64,000 bases of DNA. Source: an uncultured bacterium. Its GTDB lineage: Bacteria > Gemmatimonadota > Gemmatimonadetes > Gemmatimonadales > Gemmatimonadaceae. The stretch spans positions 1 to 64,000 of the forward strand of contig CAXBQP010000007.1 of NCBI GenBank assembly GCA_963978095.1, in the 5' to 3' direction. Position numbers and translations under genes: made by a program. Position 1 is the stretch's first letter, and every line of letters begins with the position of its first letter. This document shows, piece after piece, positions 61,594 to 64,000 of this stretch. The notes under the pieces were generated by a model that did no database searches, had not been told where the DNA came from, and worked only from the letters and a program-made list of their open reading frames with translations.

Positions 61594-61682
61594 CGCGGTA
61601 ACGCGGCTGTGACCGTTGCCACGCTAGCGCACGTCGCGACCGGGCATGTAACTTTCCCACATACCCTCGGACGAGCGAAACC

Positions 61683-62639
61683 GTGACGGAGATCAAGGGA
61701 CCCACCGCGCGCATCTGGCGAGACGGCACACTCGTGGAGTGGGCGGACGCGACGGTGCACGTCATGGCGCACGCGCTCCACTACGGCTCGAGCGTTTTCG
61801 AAGGGATGCGCTGCTATCAGACGCCCGAGGCGGGAGCGGTATTCCGCCTGCGCGATCATATGCGCCGCCTCAAAGATTCGGCCAAGATCTATCGTCTCGA
61901 CACCGCATGGAGCATCGACGACTTGTGCGATGCCACGGTGCAGACGATCGCCGCCAACGGGCTTCGCGAGTGCTATATCCGGCCGATCATCATGCGCACC
62001 GGAGAGAACATGGGTATCTGGCCGAAGAACGCGCCGGTCGAGACCATGATCATCTGCTGGAACATGGGGCTGTACTTCGGGGAGGAGGCGTTGCGCACGG
62101 GGACCGATGTCCGCGTCGCCAGCTGGCGCCGGGCGGCCCCGAACACCTTCCCGGCCCTCGCGAAAGCGGGCGGCAACTACCTCAACTCGCAGCTCACCAA
62201 GATCGAGGCCAAGGCGGACGACTACGCCGAAGGCATCATGCTCGACTCGGCGGGGTTCGTCGCCGAGGGAAGCGGTGAAAACCTGTTCGTGGTCCGCGAC
62301 GGCGTCATCTACACGGCGCCACTGAGCGCGGGCATTCTCCACGGCATCACCCGCGACTCCATCATCCGGATCGCGGCCGATCTCGGCTACACGGTGCGCG
62401 AGATGGTGATGCCGCGGGAGTTCCTGTACATCGTGGATGAAGCGTTCTTCTGCGGGACGGCCGCGGAGATCACGCCGATCCGCTCCATTGATCAGCTCCC
62501 AGTGGGCCCCGGAACGCCGGGACCCGTGTACCAGGCGATCCGCGAACGCTTCATGGGGATCGTGAAGGGGGCGCTCCCCGACCCGTACGGTTGGCTCACC
62601 CCGGTGCCGCTCCCACCCACGGCGGCGACTAGCAGGTGA
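61683..62639 (+). CDS. ilvE: Branched-chain amino acid aminotransferase
   Basis: HALHYGSSVFEG, YIRP, AKAGGNYLNS, EGSGEN, LHGITR, GTAAEITP. Confidence 0.96.
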   Translation: MTEIKGPTARIWRDGTLVEWADATVHVMAHALHYGSSVFEGMRCYQTPEAGAVFRLRDHMRRLKDSAKIYRLDTAWSIDDLCDATVQTIAANGLRECYIRPIIMRTGENMGIWPKNAPVETMIICWNMGLYFGEEALRTGTDVRVASWRRAAPNTFPALAKAGGNYLNSQLTKIEAKADDYAEGIMLDSAGFVAEGSGENLFVVRDGVIYTAPLSAGILHGITRDSIIRIAADLGYTVREMVMPREFLYIVDEAFFCGTAAEITPIRSIDQLPVGPGTPGPVYQAIRERFMGIVKGALPDPYGWLTPVPLPPTAATSR

Positions 62640-62685
62640 CGGCCCGCGAGAAGCGGCGCTGTCGTGTCTCCCAACGGAGGATCAC

Positions 62686-63288
62686 GTGATCGCTGGCTGT
62701 CTCGCACTCAACTCGTCGTTCGAGCCACTCACCATGGTGCCGTTGCGCCGTGCGTTGCGCTTGGTGATCGATGGCAAGGCCGAAGTCGTGGAAGCAGACC
62801 TGGAAGCGCTGGTGCGCTCCGAGCGATTGGCGTATCCGCGTCCGCTCGTGATCCGACTCACCAAGTTCATTCACGTACCGCGGCGATTCCGGCGCCAGGT
62901 GACCAATACCTTCCTCTTCGCCCGCGACGACTACACCTGTCAGTACTGCGGACGGGCCAACAGCGCGCTGCGTCAGCGGGAATCGCTGACGCGTGATCAC
63001 GTGGTACCGCTCTCACGCGGCGGCCTGAACGTCTGGACCAACGTCGTCACCGCCTGTTCGAGCTGCAATACCCGCAAGGCGGACCGGCTGCCGGAGGAGA
63101 TCAGCATGCATCCCAAGCACCCTCCGGTGGAGCCGCATTTCGTCCACCTCTCATGGGCCGTGCGGCGCCTCACGCCGGCGCAGGCCAAGTACATCCGGAT
63201 GTTCTACGGGGCGGGGATGCTCGAGCAACTCGAAGCGCTCGAGCAACGGCCAGCCCGCGCTACGGCACGCGGAACATCGGCGTACTAG
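62686..63288 (+). CDS. HNH endonuclease (McrA-like, stand-alone)
   Basis: SD GGAGG; LALNSSFEPL, RDDYTCQYCG, TRDHVVPLSRGG, NVVTACSSCNTRK. Confidence 0.92.
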   Translation: MIAGCLALNSSFEPLTMVPLRRALRLVIDGKAEVVEADLEALVRSERLAYPRPLVIRLTKFIHVPRRFRRQVTNTFLFARDDYTCQYCGRANSALRQRESLTRDHVVPLSRGGLNVWTNVVTACSSCNTRKADRLPEEISMHPKHPPVEPHFVHLSWAVRRLTPAQAKYIRMFYGAGMLEQLEALEQRPARATARGTSAY

Positions 63289-63919
63289 CTTCGTACTCGC
63301 GCGACTCGCTGCCGAGCAGCTTTGCCGCGACCGTGCGCAACCCGCGCGTGATCACGGTACCGGGGTTCGCCTCGCCCGTGAGGCCCGGCTGGAGATCCCC
63401 CCGCAGCCAACGCTCGACCTCGTCCAAGTCGGACAGACTCAGCAGCTTCGTCTCCAGCGTGACCAAGTAGTATTGGCGGCGGCGTACCGGAAGCGCCGTG
63501 ATCGCCGCGCGCGTCCGGCGGGCGACGGCCCCCTCGGCGTCCTCGATGCGTGCGTACTTGCCCAAGGGGAGCGGGCGGTCGTTGACCAACTGAACGACCT
63601 CGTACTGCTTGTCCATCGCACTGTAGCGGACCACGACGTCGTACTCCGTGCTCCGTTCGATATGGTTGAGCATCGTTCCTTCCGACCAGAGCTCCACGCG
63701 GAAGTGGAGTCGCAGCGGAAAGTTGGCCGCGAGCATCTCGCGGACCTTGGCAGGTGACAACATGTTGCGCGCTTGCACCACCGGCCCGACGGTGGTCGCG
63801 AGCGATGCGTCCGGCAACGCGATCTCCAGAGTCGGACGTTGCTGCGCGTGCAACAGGCCGCCGCAGCCCAGCAGGGCGGCCAGGGCGAGTGCGTGCAGGA
63901 ACGGGGCGGGAGTCCGCAC
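63260..63919 (-). CDS. Exported hypothetical protein (possibly DUF4390-like)
   Basis: Signal peptide (LHA-Q), FPLRLHFRVELW; 2 nt downstream of the previous gene's stop. Confidence 0.7.
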   Translation of the reverse strand: MRTPAPFLHALALAALLGCGGLLHAQQRPTLEIALPDASLATTVGPVVQARNMLSPAKVREMLAANFPLRLHFRVELWSEGTMLNHIERSTEYDVVVRYSAMDKQYEVVQLVNDRPLPLGKYARIEDAEGAVARRTRAAITALPVRRRQYYLVTLETKLLSLSDLDEVERWLRGDLQPGLTGEANPGTVITRGLRTVAAKLLGSESREYEASTPMFRVP

Positions 63920-63921
63920 GC

Positions 63922-63999
63922 CTAGAACCGGCGCTCCAACCGCATGAAGAACCGGGCCGGCTCGGCGGCGTCACTGACGGCCTTGGCCCAGTAGAACCC
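63922..63999 (-). CDS. C-terminal fragment of a probable outer-membrane protein
   Basis: Hand translation GFYWAKAVSDAAEPARFFMRLERRF*; beta-signal-like end with terminal Phe; runs off the window. Confidence 0.5.
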   Translation of the reverse strand, partial: GFYWAKAVSDAAEPARFFMRLERRF

Positions 64000-64000
64000 G

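Noticed and set aside
62686..63288. HNH as IscB/Cas9-like or a homing endonuclease
   Set aside because: Only 200 aa, no RuvC or PLMP motifs, no room for an ncRNA, and not within an intron or intein

Overview
This is a GC-rich bacterial chromosome segment, mostly housekeeping, with about 55 CDS. Gene content and order suggest Gemmatimonadota, which is an inference from the sequence. The first 53 nt are Illumina TruSeq adapter, not genome. Contents from left to right: a truncated Mg-chelatase-like AAA+ ATPase, a molybdopterin oxidoreductase, a tiny Ala/Pro-rich lipoprotein, an amidohydrolase and a GH33 sialidase; an anaerobic bacteriochlorophyll module (bchE-hemN-bchJ); glcDEF-HAD-ygfZ, a sigma70-family factor, aroB and pduO; an FNR-tamA-tamB-lipid kinase operon and an NtrC-like regulator lacking GAFTGA; acpS, lgt, tsaD, rpe and rsmB; an Ig-repeat lipoprotein; fmt, def, yajC, tgt, queA, ruvCAB and yebC; an unusual operon of a stand-alone DnaB C-terminal domain, a TPR/CsgG-like protein and a beta-barrel; then msbA/lpxL-like genes, tyrS, PBP1A, ilvE and an HNH nuclease. 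I found no rRNA, tRNA, CRISPR array or transposase. The strongest leads are the DnaB_C/TPR-CsgG/barrel operon, the bchE module outside a photosynthesis gene cluster, widespread leaderless-type promoters, CTG starts overlapping upstream stops, and a 28-nt motif shared by two promoter regions. All assignments come from motif recognition by eye; no searches were run.
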